From: the human T2T-CHM13v2.0 reference genome, Homo sapiens
Assembly (NCBI RefSeq): GCF_009914755.1
Contig: NC_060942.1
Length of the DNA: 64,000 nt
Direction: 5' to 3' (one strand)
Under the pieces are notes generated by a model. That model was not told where the DNA came from, did not search any database, and was given only the letters and a program-made list of their open reading frames with translations. Shown here one piece after another: positions 27,998-40,560 of this stretch (position 1 is its first letter; every line of letters starts with the position of its first letter). The position numbers were made by a program, and so were the translations under genes.

Positions 27998-28758
27998 TGT
28001 GTCCCTTTCCAGGGCTTCCCTACAAGGTGCCACAAAACTGGGTGATTAAGACAACAACAAGGAGTTCTCTCCCTGTTGTGGAGACTGGAAGCGCGGGGGC
28101 CATGTTCCCTCTGAGCCCCAGGGGAAGAATCAGCTCTCAACTCTTCCAGCTTCCAGTGGTGCTGGTGAGCCCTGGTGTCCTTGGCTTGTAGCTGCATCAC
28201 TTCCATCTCTGTCTCCACTGTTAATGGCCTTCTTCCCTTCGTGCATGTGTAGGTATCTCCAAATTTCTTGCCCCTTGTAAGGACACCAGCCATTGGATTG
28301 AAGGCCCACTCTGACCCAGTAGGACCTCATCCTTACTTGATAACATCTGCAAAGACACTACAGCAGTCCCTCCTTATCCACAGTCAACCACATGGTCTGA
28401 AAATATTAGATGGAAAATTCCACAAACAATTCATAAGTGCTCAATTGCATGCCATTCTGAGTAGCATGGTGAAATCTCTCACCCTCCCACTCTGTTTGAT
28501 CTGGGACATGAGTCAGCCCTTGGTCCAGCATATCTACATGGTCTCGCTACCTGCCCTATATGAAATGACTGCAAAGGAAAAAACATAGTACATACAGGCG
28601 TCAGTGCTATCCGTGGTTTCAGACATCCCCTGGGGGTTTTGGAACACATCCCTTGTGGATAAGGGGGGACACCTGTACTTACAAATAAGGCCACAACCAC
28701 AGGTACTGGGGCTTAGGGTTCCAACATGTCATTTGGGGAGCACAGTTGAACCCACAAC
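27998..28758 (-). mobile_element. MaLR LTR (MLT1C-like) interrupted by MER44
   Basis: ccacaaaactgggtgattaagacaac...tgtccttggcttgtagctgcatcact...taaggacaccagccattggatt...acatctgcaaagac|...caaataaggccaca...aggtactgggg. Confidence 0.8.
28361..28675 (+). mobile_element. MER44A-like Tigger (TcMar) MITE
   Basis: Terminal inverted repeats cagcagtccctccttatccac / gtggataaggggggacacctg, flanked by a TA target duplication. Confidence 0.85.
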
Positions 28759-31569
28759 ATCAGCTTTGTAGGCGTATTCTTTCTTGCTTCCTGGGCATGG
28801 AGGGAATGAACCACAGAATTTTTGCATGTGTGCCTAGTGCCTAATACAGACCCCTGGGCTGTGGACACCCCTGGGCTGTGTTTGGGCTTCACTGTATTCA
28901 CCCCGCCGTTACTGCAGATGTGATTTTCTTTCCTCTGCCTCTTGGACTTGGTTGCTTGTTTTCATGTCCTTAAGAGAATATTTCTGTTGTAATGGAACAT
29001 TTCACCTGTAAGAGATGAGACCTTCTCACAACCAACAGAGACTCCCCAGGTGGCTGGAAATAGAACAAGGCTCCGGTTTTTTGGCAAAAGAGGAAATACT
29101 TGAGGACCGTGGCTGGTGAGAGACGTTGCCTTTTTAGACATTGCCAGTGCTGGGCTGAGGGGGTAAAAACAGATTTGGTGAAAAGTGGCCCGTGGTGCTC
29201 TGTCACCTTGCGGGGGGGCGGTCCTTGTGCATCTCCTGGCTGTTCTGGACACTCAGCATCTTGTGAGCTAATTGTGGCTGTGGAAGCTTTGTGGTCTGAA
29301 GCTGCAAGATCCCTCATACCAGAAGCACTTTCCTAAGAGCATGACAATGAGGCTGTGTGAAAAAGAAAGCTGGACGGTGCTCCGTTAGCTTCCGAGCACT
29401 CATGAGGATCCCTGGAAGTTTCAGGAAGCATTGTGTACCCAAGATGCTTTGTCCATGTGGGCTATAGCCCCAGGGAATGTTTTCCTTTGCTATTTTTTTC
29501 CTCTGGCCGATGTTCATGTGGAAATGTGACCTTTAATTCCTTAAAGATCCATCTCCCTGGAATTAATTCCTCTTCTGAAGTCATAATCTTTCACGTAATA
29601 TTTTCTGGTCATCTCAACTCCAAGTAAAGTGTTGTATGTCACAGGTGGGGGAAATGATTTGGGCTTTTTGCATGCCATTTGAGTGTAAGAGAAGAGAACC
29701 GCCGTGGTTGGAGGCAAAGACATGAGGGTGGTCAATGTCTGACATTGGAAGTGGACTGTGCTTGTTGTTTATGTCATCTGATTGAATTATTTCTCAAATA
29801 ATAGAGGTACCTTCCAGGAGGCAAACATCTGATTCTCTTCTTGTGTATCTCCATTACCATGGACATTTCCCTAATGTTTATAAAGAGAAAAGCTGCAAAT
29901 TCACATGAACCCCACAGGTTCTAAACATAACGGTTGATCACATGGGACCTGTTATCAGAACCATACTGTTCAAGGTTTCCCAGTGTAAGAAGCCAAGAAG
30001 ACGGGAGCCATCACTTGCTGCTACTTGCCTGCTGTGGTTCACGCCTGCAGTCCCTCCCAGATGCCAGAACTACTTCAGGAAACACGTATGATGTGTTCTT
30101 GGAAGCTCCATTGGCAAACCGTCTGCAGAGCCTCTGTGCGGGTCTCTGCTGTGAGTTCCTCCTCTGGCCCCTGCAGAAACTGAGGGTCTATGAAATGATT
30201 GGAGAAGGGAGGGGAAGGAGGTGTGATACTCCCTCCTCCCTCCAGCCGCTTGAGACTGGCCAACCAGGGAAGTAGCAACCCTACTGGAATTGTTGAAACA
30301 GTCCATATTCATAGTTGCTAAACTTGACCTATGCGGTAAAATAACATGTTTTTCTGGAACGAGCAGCATGTTGTCAGCCTCTCCTAGATATAGTGGTGCG
30401 GACCACCCAGAGTGAGCGCTCACTTAATAGAACAAGCAGCCCATTTACTGATAGGCACCTTGTGGTTGAAAGATGGGAAAGAAGACTTGGATTGCACTTG
30501 CATTTATATTCTCTCATTTTCTTGTTCTATTAAATACGTCCAAACAAACTTAGTGTGTGGGAAGGAAGGACACCTTAGCATGAGTAGTGAGGAAAATGCA
30601 GCATCGCTAAGCCAGTGGAGTTTGTTCAACACATTCCTGCCACTGTGTTGCAGAGGACATCGATGCCCAGTGACACATGAATGAGTTGCTCCTGGCCTTT
30701 GTCCTGGGTAAATGGCAGGGAGTGGCAGTGAGGGTGTGGAGAGCCTCTGCCCCTCCATCTGGGAAGGGGTCCAGGCTGAGCAGGGCTCCCCTGGCTCCAG
30801 CAGCTCCAAGGTCAGGGGTGTGTGATCTGTCACCCTCTTGCCCCTCCCTGCACTGGGCATGGTGACCCACAGGCCAGGCTGGAAAGCCGGCCTAGAACAT
30901 CTGGATGAAGGCAGACTTATTAGTACCCAAAAAGTCCGTGGGTACCCAGTCACGCCCCCAAGGGGCAGGCTTTTCTAGTAAGGTTTAGGGAAGAGCATTC
31001 GTAGTGGTAAAGAGCTCAAGTTCCAATCTCCACCCTGCCCCACCTGCTGGTGCATCTCCTTTGGCACATCACCAACTCGACGTGCCTCATCAGTTAAAGC
31101 ATTTAGAATTTGGCACGTAATCGATACTTAATAAGTATTGGCTGTTACGTCTCTGTAGGTAAATTTACAGGGGCACTGCAGCATGAGAAGCTCTGTTGCT
31201 GGGCTCCATGCAGGCAAGCCCAAGGAGCCTGGCTGGTGTTCAGCAGGGTGTGCTCATGATTCATGTAACCCCTGGCCCTTCAGGCCTTGACAGTCCACTC
31301 TGGACATGATGCTCTGTCCTTGACAGTGACCAGCGTCCGGGCCCGTGGTATCTGATGAGCAGCATCTCCCTTCAGTAGCATCTCTGTGTACATCTCATGC
31401 TACTCCGATGTAGACAGCCATGCATGGGGTCTTTCAGCTGTCCTGGCAGCACTGCCTTTCAGGTCTGAGCAGGCCTGGGTATTTAGCACAGAGGTCTGAA
31501 GAGGTTCTGAGTCCATGGACTAGGCTGGAAAACCTGAATCCTAACCCAGGCAGCTGGTCTGCAGTAAAG

Positions 31570-31810
31570 ATGGTTCATATTTATTGAGTGTGTACTATTT
31601 GCCAGCTGCTCTTCTGAGGGTTCTCCAAGTATGGGCTCATGTACTCTTACAGCATTCCAATAAGATAGTTACTAATTTTATCCCATTTTTTAGAAGGGCA
31701 GAATGAGGCTCAGAAGTGTTAGTAAGCTGACCGAGGTCAAACAAAAGTGACAGCTGGTGTTCGAAGCTGAGTGTGTTACTTTGGTCCCATCCCATTAACC
31801 ACTGGGGATA
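31570..31810 (-). mobile_element. MIR
   Basis: tttattgagtgtgtactatttgccag...tatcccattttttagaagggcagaatgaggctcagaag...ccgaggtca. Confidence 0.75.
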
Positions 31811-33308
31811 TGAACTGCTATGGAATTGACACCAAAAGTGCCAAAAGCCGAAAGTGGCTTTTGATTGCATAGGATGCCTGCAGCCCTGCCCTCCCATGAC
31901 GGATATTCAAGTGTTGCTGCTCTGAGGCCCACACTGCATTTCAGTGACATCTAATACCCATGCATAGATGGAGGGGCCACCACGCACTAAACCCCTGCCC
32001 GGACTCACCCTCTAGTAAAGGAGGGAGGCAAATGATCAGCAGTGTGGATCACATCCGTGCCCTCCTGGACGTCTGAATGGGGAATTGGAGACAGCACCAA
32101 AAAGGGAACAAAAAACTCCATGAAGAGGGGCAGGAAACACTCCGTGGAGGGGGTACTTCTGAGCTACGTTTGGAAGAATAAATAGGAGTTCATTGGGTGT
32201 TTCAAGGTGGGGCATATAGGCAGAAGAAATAGCATGCAAAGAACACAAGTATAAAACAGCAGGATAGGATTTTTTGTTAAGGTGGGGGTGCTGTAAGTAC
32301 TTCAGCACGGGTAGAACGGTAAAATCAGGGAAATTCTGTGGGTGTTGAAACTGGAGAGACAGAAAGCAGGAGACACAGGGCCTGGTTTGCCGTGCCAGGG
32401 AACCGGACTACATCCCAGGACGATTTAATTTCATAGTGTTACAACAAAGTTGAAATCTCCAAACCCTGATGCATGTAGTAGTAGAACCATTTTCCCTGGT
32501 CTTATGGTTGTCGAAAGAAAGGATGACAAAAGTAAATAAGCTTCCCCATATGATGTGATATTGACTTTGTGCTACAAAGAATGTTGTTTTTAAATCTCTT
32601 CCACTCATTTCTCCAGTTTTTCATCAGCAGTTCCCTTTGGCAAAAGTTATTCTCAGATGCCAGGATAAGTGCTTTTGAGGGTTTTTGTTTTTGTTTTAAT
32701 GTTTTTTTTTAAGTGGCTTTTGATTGCATAAGACCATCATGTAGAGCTGTTTCCAGTAGTATCTTTATAGCAGGAATGGAGGCTAAGACTGATTATGTAA
32801 TTGTTCCCTTAATCTATTCTCAGAACCTAACATGTTGCCAGCAGATGAAAAACCTAATGATCATAATGGCCTCTGAGTGTCTTTCCTGCTCATAGTTTCT
32901 GGTGCTATTGCTCTCACATTGTTTACTGCAAAATAGAAATCAATGGTTTAAATGTGGCATGACTGCTCACCCAGCCCTGGCCACCCTGGACTCAGATCTG
33001 TCTGCTCCCTCTTGCATGTGCAGCCCACAGCAAGCAGGTCTTGCAGGAGAAGGGGTGCAGGTGTACTCATTAGTGACCCTTGCTGGTGTCTCACATGTTA
33101 ATATTGGGATGAGGAGAGGCAGCCCACTTCTGCCACGCTGGGGTTGCATTTTGCAAGGAGAGCAGAATACCATCTGCCAGAGGAGGTGGTGGGAGCGTGC
33201 AAATACTGCTATGAATGCCATGAATGCTTAATTGCTATAGATTTTGTTTTTTAGTTTGATTCTTTGCATTTAGTGTGTTTGTTGTTTGTTCTTCTTTTTA
33301 TTTTTTAG

Positions 33309-33386
33309 AATAGTCCTTATCAGTGGCAGAAGATCCTTCTGTAGTATATTTTCAGTGCTGCCGTATCGCGACAGTACCCAAGTCGG
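33309..33386 (+). CDS. CABLES1: CABLES1 coding exon 4 (78 nt, phase 2/2)
   Basis: Acceptor ttttattttttag|A and donor GG|gtatgt; encodes IVLISGRRSFCSIFSVLPYRDSTQV(G); keeps the frame between exons 3 and 5. Confidence 0.94.
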
Positions 33387-35032
33387 GTATGTATATGCAT
33401 GCATGCTTTGTAGTTCTCTGGGTGAAAAGATCTCACACCAATGTACATAATGTGGCCATCCTTTCCATTTTCAAGAAGTTGCCTTGCTTTGATACTGCAA
33501 ATTCAGTATTTGTACACTGGAATGATAAAAAGATGTTCCACTTTCTTTTCAGCCAGAAAGCTTCCTCGTTGTGTGTGTGCGTGTGTGTCCCATCCTATTG
33601 CCTGTTCTTTCTAAATCTACATTTTGTTACCTTATCCAATACTTGCTTTAGCAAGAACATTATGGGGCCCACCATATTCCACAGGGCCATGCCAACCTTT
33701 GGAAAAAAGGTAGGTCAAGGAAGAAATCAGAACAAACCCTGTGACCATTCCACCTCCTTGCATCTTGGGCTTGGGTTTGGAAACTGACCAGCAAGCTGGA
33801 GCTGCCACCACAGAGAAACATCAAAGCAAAAGGGTTCCAGGACCAGAGATTAGGTAACTAGCTACAGGCCAGAGGAATGCTTCCCTCTCTAGATCAACAA
33901 GCCCCTCCTTTCACTCTGAAAAAAAGTAAGTACCTGAGGGTCCGTCCTTGCAAAGCCTCCGCTCTTCATCGCCATCCCTGAACACCGTGTTCCTTCCTCC
34001 TTGTGCTCCTTTTGCCTTTTCATGCATCCGGTGTCTGTCATCAGGCTGCCACCGGTATCGAAGTCAGGACAGTTCACTGCGTAAGAAGTCAAGCATCATG
34101 GGATGTTGGCTGTGGCGTCTGGTCATTGTGCCAGCCACACCACAGACATGTGACCACTGTCCCAAGGAGGGCCGTATGGCCACTGGTGCTGATTCGCCAT
34201 GTGTTCATCTTCCACCATCTCCGTGAGCTCTACCCCAGGCCTTCCTGCTCACCATGACCTCCCCTTTCCCCTGTAGATGTGCTAGACTTACGGCCTATTC
34301 GATTCACCAAGGTCCTTAGCTGCACTCTTCATTGTCAGCTCCATGGGACAGAAAACACATCTATATTCATGGAATCCTGACTCAGTCATTGATGAGATGT
34401 GTGCCTTAAGGAGCGATAATCATGGCACTGTTTGTTAGGCACACACTTTGAGCTCGTCTTTTTCATTATTTACATCCTTACAGCCAAACCTTGCAAAGTA
34501 GGTGTTCTAGAAAAAGTAGCAGCAAATCCTGCAGCTCGGAGGTTTAAGGACCATCTAGTGGCCAGTGGGCTGCCCAGAGAGATGTTGTCGGGCAGCTCTC
34601 TTTGACTGACCTACCTGCTGTGGCCCCGGGTCTGGCTACATTGGAAGAGCAGGCTCATTCCTTGACAAAATTAGCTCATACCAGCTCATAGACCTGGTGT
34701 GACCCCAGAGGCCAGTTAATTCATCTTATTACAAGTAGTAGCCGAAGGGCCCAGAATGTTTGAGTGTGACCAGCCTGGGCATACACCTCCAGGGTGTCTG
34801 TATTATCAGTAGCAGGCTCTTTGCCAGCAGGTCCTCTCTTGGCCAGAGCTTGGATGGTACTGTGACATCAGCCTCGTTTCTCTGGGTTTCCCTGGCTGAC
34901 CTCTCTGATTGACACATTCTTTCCTTAGCTCCATCTCATTCATTCATTTATTGAGTGCTTGTCATGTGACCAGGTGCCCGGGACAAAGGCAGAGAAGGAT
35001 GGATTGGGTTCGTGTGCCCCTGAACAGCTTAG

Positions 35033-35385
<353 letters not shown>

Positions 35386-36396
35386 AACTACAACTTTTAA
35401 TACATGCTGGAGATACCCAGTCAAGCAATCCTTGAATCTTCCTGGCTGAAGACTCATTCTGTTTCTTTAATTTGGCTTCTCCACACTTGTCTTTGAAGTG
35501 TCCATATTCGTTTTATTCCCCAAGGTCTGGGGTAGGGTAGCCCTCACTGTGGTACCCAAGTGCTCATCCCCATTTTGTAGATGACATCACTGATCCATCC
35601 TTAAGAGTTGAAATCTCAAACATCAACTTTGGGCCAGAATGGGGGTTTAATCCCCAGTCTGTTCAGCCGTAAGTTTTTCCATGACCCACACTGGCAGACA
35701 GGCAAGATAAGTTCTGTATCTGCAGAAACCTTGCTGCGAAATGGAGCTTTTCTGGTATCTGCCTCCCAGAGGTTAACTGTAGCTCCCAGGAGTGAGTGGA
35801 TCCAAGGTTTCCAGCATGGCACGTGGCATGCAGAGAAGTGCTAGGGCCCACTCAGCAAGGACCCCATATTTCTGACAGTAAAAAAGAATCATTGTGAAGA
35901 ACTTGGGAGATTTAGAATTTTTATTACTTATTAGCTTCTGTGAGCTTCCATTGGCTCCTCTGTAGAATGGGGAAGTTTCTACCTCACACCATTAACTTGA
36001 AGATAACGACATTTCTGCAAAGCCAGTAGGAAGCTGTTTTAACTTAAATTACCCAGGAAGAGGGCACTCAGACCATCTCCACTGGACATCCTTGTGGATA
36101 TGCGTGGCCCTCCACTCTTCAACATCTCAGGGAAATGCTAGGTGGCAGCCAGTTGGTGCTAGGAAACAGTGTCTGTTCATGCCTGGGTCTCCTTCTTGCT
36201 GCTTGGGAAGGCCTCCTGTGTTGCAGAAAGGGCCACTGCATAGGATATTCAGCAGATTTGGCTGCTGTGTTGGCCCTGGACAGAGAAGCAAAATGAGTGT
36301 GTGGGATCCCACCTTTTACATCCTAGGTGTGAACAGATTCAAATCCACTATTCCTCCAGATTTTATAGATGAGGAAACCAAGGTGCACAAGAGGGA

Positions 36397-36713
36397 TTTT
36401 TTTGTTTTGTTTTTTGTTTTTGTTTGTTTTTGAGACAGGATTTTGCTTTGTTGCCCAGGCTGGAATGCAGTGGCACAAACATGGCTCGCTGCAGTCTCGA
36501 ACTCCTACGCTCGAGCCATCCACCTGCCTCAGTCTCCCAAGTAGCTAGGACTACAGTCGCGCGCCACCACACCCAGCTAATTTTTAAAATTTTTAGTAGA
36601 GATGAGATCTCGCCATGTTGCCCAGACTGGTCTCAAACTCCTGGACTCAAGTGATCCTCCTGCCTCGGCCTCCTAAAGTGTTGGGATTACAGGTGTAAGC
36701 CACTGTACCCAGC
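36397..36713 (-). mobile_element. Alu (AluJ-like)
   Basis: Antisense Alu with (TTTTG)n-type tail; aagag(g)gattttt TSD. Confidence 0.92.
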
Positions 36714-37577
36714 TAGAAGAGGATTTTTTTCTATAACAAAAAAATCTTCAGGTCCTTTGTCAGACCTAACAGAAAAGAACATGTTCGTTTCTGCAGCACA
36801 GTCTACCTCTGTACTCACCCAAGAAACACTGAGCACAATTCCAAATATTGTGATGTAGCAGCAGGATTAAGAAGCAGAATGCTTTTTAAACTTTTCAATG
36901 AGCAGACATTGTATTTATAAACAACCCACTTAACCATAATTATGATTTTTAAATTTTTTTTTACTAATTGGGAAACAACTATGCTCAAATTAAAATGTAC
37001 TAGTAAGTATATGCTAGTAAAAGTTTACTAGTAAATATACGAATAAATATATACACACACATATTTTAAACAACTTCAGTTCATGTACATATTAACTAAT
37101 GCCTTTCCACAGTGGAAAATTCCTTTACTTTTACGCTGAAGTTCTTTTTGTGACTGGGACGTAAGTCATAGAATTTCAGGGGTGGAAAGGCCTTCCTGCT
37201 TCGCAGCTGAGGCACAGTGGGGCGAAGCTCACCCACAGCCCCACACCTGGCAGAGTCAGCAACACCGGAATTTGGGACCCGGGCTGCCCCAGCCTGCCGG
37301 GCCATGCTTTCTGGCCTCCATGTTTCCATTGTACTCATGCACATGGACCCAGCCACATGGGCCTGATTATTCCAAACAAGCACAACACCCCCGCCACCCC
37401 ACCGATTAAGGGGCTAATGTGCAGCTCCAACTTCATCACAAGAAAGTTCTAAAAACAGCAATCTCGTAGTTCGTCTGCTGGGTACTTGAGCCTCCTTCCC
37501 ATGGAAAGCATCTGTCGGGGTGGCCTGAACTTTCTGGGTTTGTTTTCTGGCCACTTGTGCTGCACTCAAGCTTCCCA

Positions 37578-38790
37578 GCCCTGCCTCCCACATCCTCACT
37601 TGCCCTGCCTCCCGCATCCTCACTTGCCCTGCCTCCCGCATCCTCACTTGCCCTGCCTCCCGCATCCTCACTTGCCCTGGCTCCCGCATCCTCACTTGCC
37701 CTGGCTCCCGCATCCTCACTTGCCCTGCCTCCCGCATCCTCACTTGCCCTGGCTCCCGCATCCTCACTTGCCCTGGCTCCCGCATCCTCACTTGCCCTGC
37801 CTCCCGCATCCTCACTTGCCCTGGCTCCCGCATCCTCACTTGCCCTGCCTCCCGCATCCTCACTTGCCCTGGCTCCCGCATCCTCACTTGCCCTGCCTCC
37901 CGCATCCTCACTTGCCCTGGCTCCCGCATCCTCACTTGCCCTGCCTCCCGCATCCTCACTTGCCCTGGCTCCCGCATCCTCACTTGCCCTGCCTCCCGCA
38001 TCCTCACTTGCCCTGGCTCCCGCATCCTCACTTGCCCTGGTTCCCGCATCCTCACTTGCCCTGCCTCCCGCATCCTCACTTGCCCTGCCTCCCGCATCCT
38101 CACTTGCCCTGCCTCCCGCATCCTCACTTGCCCTGCCTCCCGCATCCTCACTTGCCCTGCCTCCCGCATCCTCACTTGCCCTGGCTCCCGCATCCTCACT
38201 TGCCCTGCCTCCCGCATCCTCACTTGCCCTGGCTCCCGCATCCTCACTTGCCCTGCCTCCCGCATCCTCACTTGCCCTGGCTCCCGCATCCTCACTTGCC
38301 CTGCCTCCCGCATCCTCACTTGCCCTGGCTCCCGCATCCTCACTTGCCCTGCCTCCCGCATCCTCACTTGCCCTGGCTCCCGCATCCTCACTTGCCCTGG
38401 TTCCCGCATCCTCACTTGCCCTGCCTCCCGCATCCTCACTTGCCCTGCCTCCCGCATCCTCACTTGCCCTGCCTCCCGCATCCTCACTTGCCCTGCCTCC
38501 CGCATCCTCACTTGCCCTGCCTCCCGCATCCTCACTTGCCCTGGCTCCCGCATCCTCACTTGCCCTGCCTCCCGCATCCTCACTTGCCCTGGCTCCCGCA
38601 TCCTCACTTGCCCTGCCTCCCGCATCCTCACTTGCCCTGGCTCCCGCATCCTCACTTGCCCTGGCTCCCGCATCCTCACTTGCCCTGCCTCCCGCATCCT
38701 CACTTGCCCTGGCTCCCGCATCCTCACTTGCCCTGCCTCCCGCATCCTCACTTGCCCTGGCTCCCGCATCCTCACTTGCCCTGCCTCCCA
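37578..38790. repeat. 24-bp VNTR/minisatellite, about 50.5 copies, unit GCCCTG(C/G)CTCCCGCATCCTCACTT
   Basis: Directly visible tandem array; translates to 8-aa repeats in the ORF track. Confidence 0.98.
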
Positions 38791-40369
38791 CCATGGCCTC
38801 CACATTTTGTTCTTGGCTTTAACTTGAACACTGATTGTGGATTCTGACATTAGTTGATCAAAGCAGACAGACCAACCTTAGGAGGGCTTTCTATAATACT
38901 ACCTATTCATTCATTCTTTTATGCATTAGGTCACTTGTTCTGCTCCCAGCGAATTAAGGCCCTGATGGAGGCTGGGGAAGGGGTGGGGAGGAATGAGTTA
39001 CCAATCCCAAGACAATGGAGGGTGGGCAGGGAGGCACTGGAGAACACTGGAGCTGCCCACAAATCCTGACCAACACCCACAATTATAGTAAATGTACAGT
39101 GTTAAGTAAAAGCAGGGTGTTTGCTATGTAAAATTTCTTTATCCCCACCCCCCCGCAAGTGCCTTGCCATACCAGCATGCCACCTATGTGGAGGTTTAGG
39201 GGCTACCATTGTACAGCAGAATTCACTCACCTGCAGCCTGGTGAGCACCTACTGTGTGCTGGGCACTGCCATCCTGCCTTGGGTACACTGGTGAAAGAGA
39301 AAATGTCTCTCTGTGTGTGGAGCCTACTCTCCGTGCCATCCCTCTGGTCCTCTGTCTGAGTAGGAGACGGGAATAAGCTAGTAAACCAATCATCAAACAA
39401 AATAGCAAAAACATTGAGTCCTAAGCAATGTCTGATTAGAGCAGAGGAAGGAGTTGGGTGAATTCAGATGGCAGGATCCGATGTAGTGCCCAGCGAAGGC
39501 GATTCTTCAGTTAGACTTGGAAGTGTGAGACCTTAGAGACATGAGAAAGGATATTGCATCCTCAGCGTTGACTTCTGAGGATGCCAGCGGATGATCCAGC
39601 TCCTCGTGAACTCTCAGGCAGGGCCTGCCCTGTTGAGAGATTTAGTGATGCCTTATTCAAGCTGGAGTCCCATTTCCCAGCCACACTCAGCATCCAGACC
39701 ACTGTAGTGAGGGGCAGGGGAGAGGGCTGGGGACAGGAGTGAGCTCTGACATATGGGCCCATCACTTAGCCCTCCTGAGTCTCAGACCCCTCATCTATAA
39801 AATGGGGATGTTTAACCAGATACTACAAGGACCCTGTGAGTGCAAAAGGTTGTTCTCATTCTTGTCAGTGCTGCTGATGCAGAAGCAGTAAGTTGTGTTG
39901 AACAAGGAATTTATGAATGAAACACACTGTCCACACTCCCCATCTGTCAATAATCAGCAACTTCTCGAGCACCTACCTGAATATTAATATTCATTGAGTT
40001 TCTTAAAATTGAGATTTTTTAAAAATGGGCAGATCTGGTGGCTTCTTGCCACTGTATTGGGCACATTTTTTCTTGGTGTGGGCCGCGAGGCTAGGGACTT
40101 CATCACCCTGGGCTTGGGAACACTGGAAAATGTTTGGGGTCGTTTTGCATGCCACCAGGTTTAGACCAAGCTGATAAGGGATCGGCCTCACAGTGATCTC
40201 TAGAGCTGCTGCTTGAAGCAGACTGCCCGAGTATCTAACAGCCACCGCAGTCTCCAGCATGCTCTTCCTTACCGTGATGTATGGGTGTGGATATTTGAGA
40301 GAAAAGCACATTTCTCTAGGATTAACGAAGGGTGCAGTCAAGCATGTGTGTGAATGTGATAAATAGAGG

Positions 40370-40560
40370 TAATAATAGAAACATCCTGAATAGTGCTTAC
40401 AGTGTATGGCATCCCAGGCACTGGTCCACATGCTTTATATGCGCTCACTCGTTTCATCTGCCCAACAGCCTCATAAGGCAGGTGCCAGTATTACCATTTT
40501 ACTTGAGGCTAGGGGCTGAGAAAGGCTTAGCAACTGCCCAAGTGGCAGTAGGTGGGGGTA
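40370..40560 (-). mobile_element. MIR fragment
   Basis: ccaggcactgg...tgctttata...aacagcctcataaggcagg...attaccattttac...gcaactgcccaag. Confidence 0.65.

Noticed and set aside
37578-38790. CRISPR-like array or genuine repeat-protein gene
   Set aside because: The units are contiguous with no unique spacers, there are no cas genes, and the context is a human intron. The long ORFs are explained by a stop-free 24-bp unit, so they are not called CDS without expression evidence.
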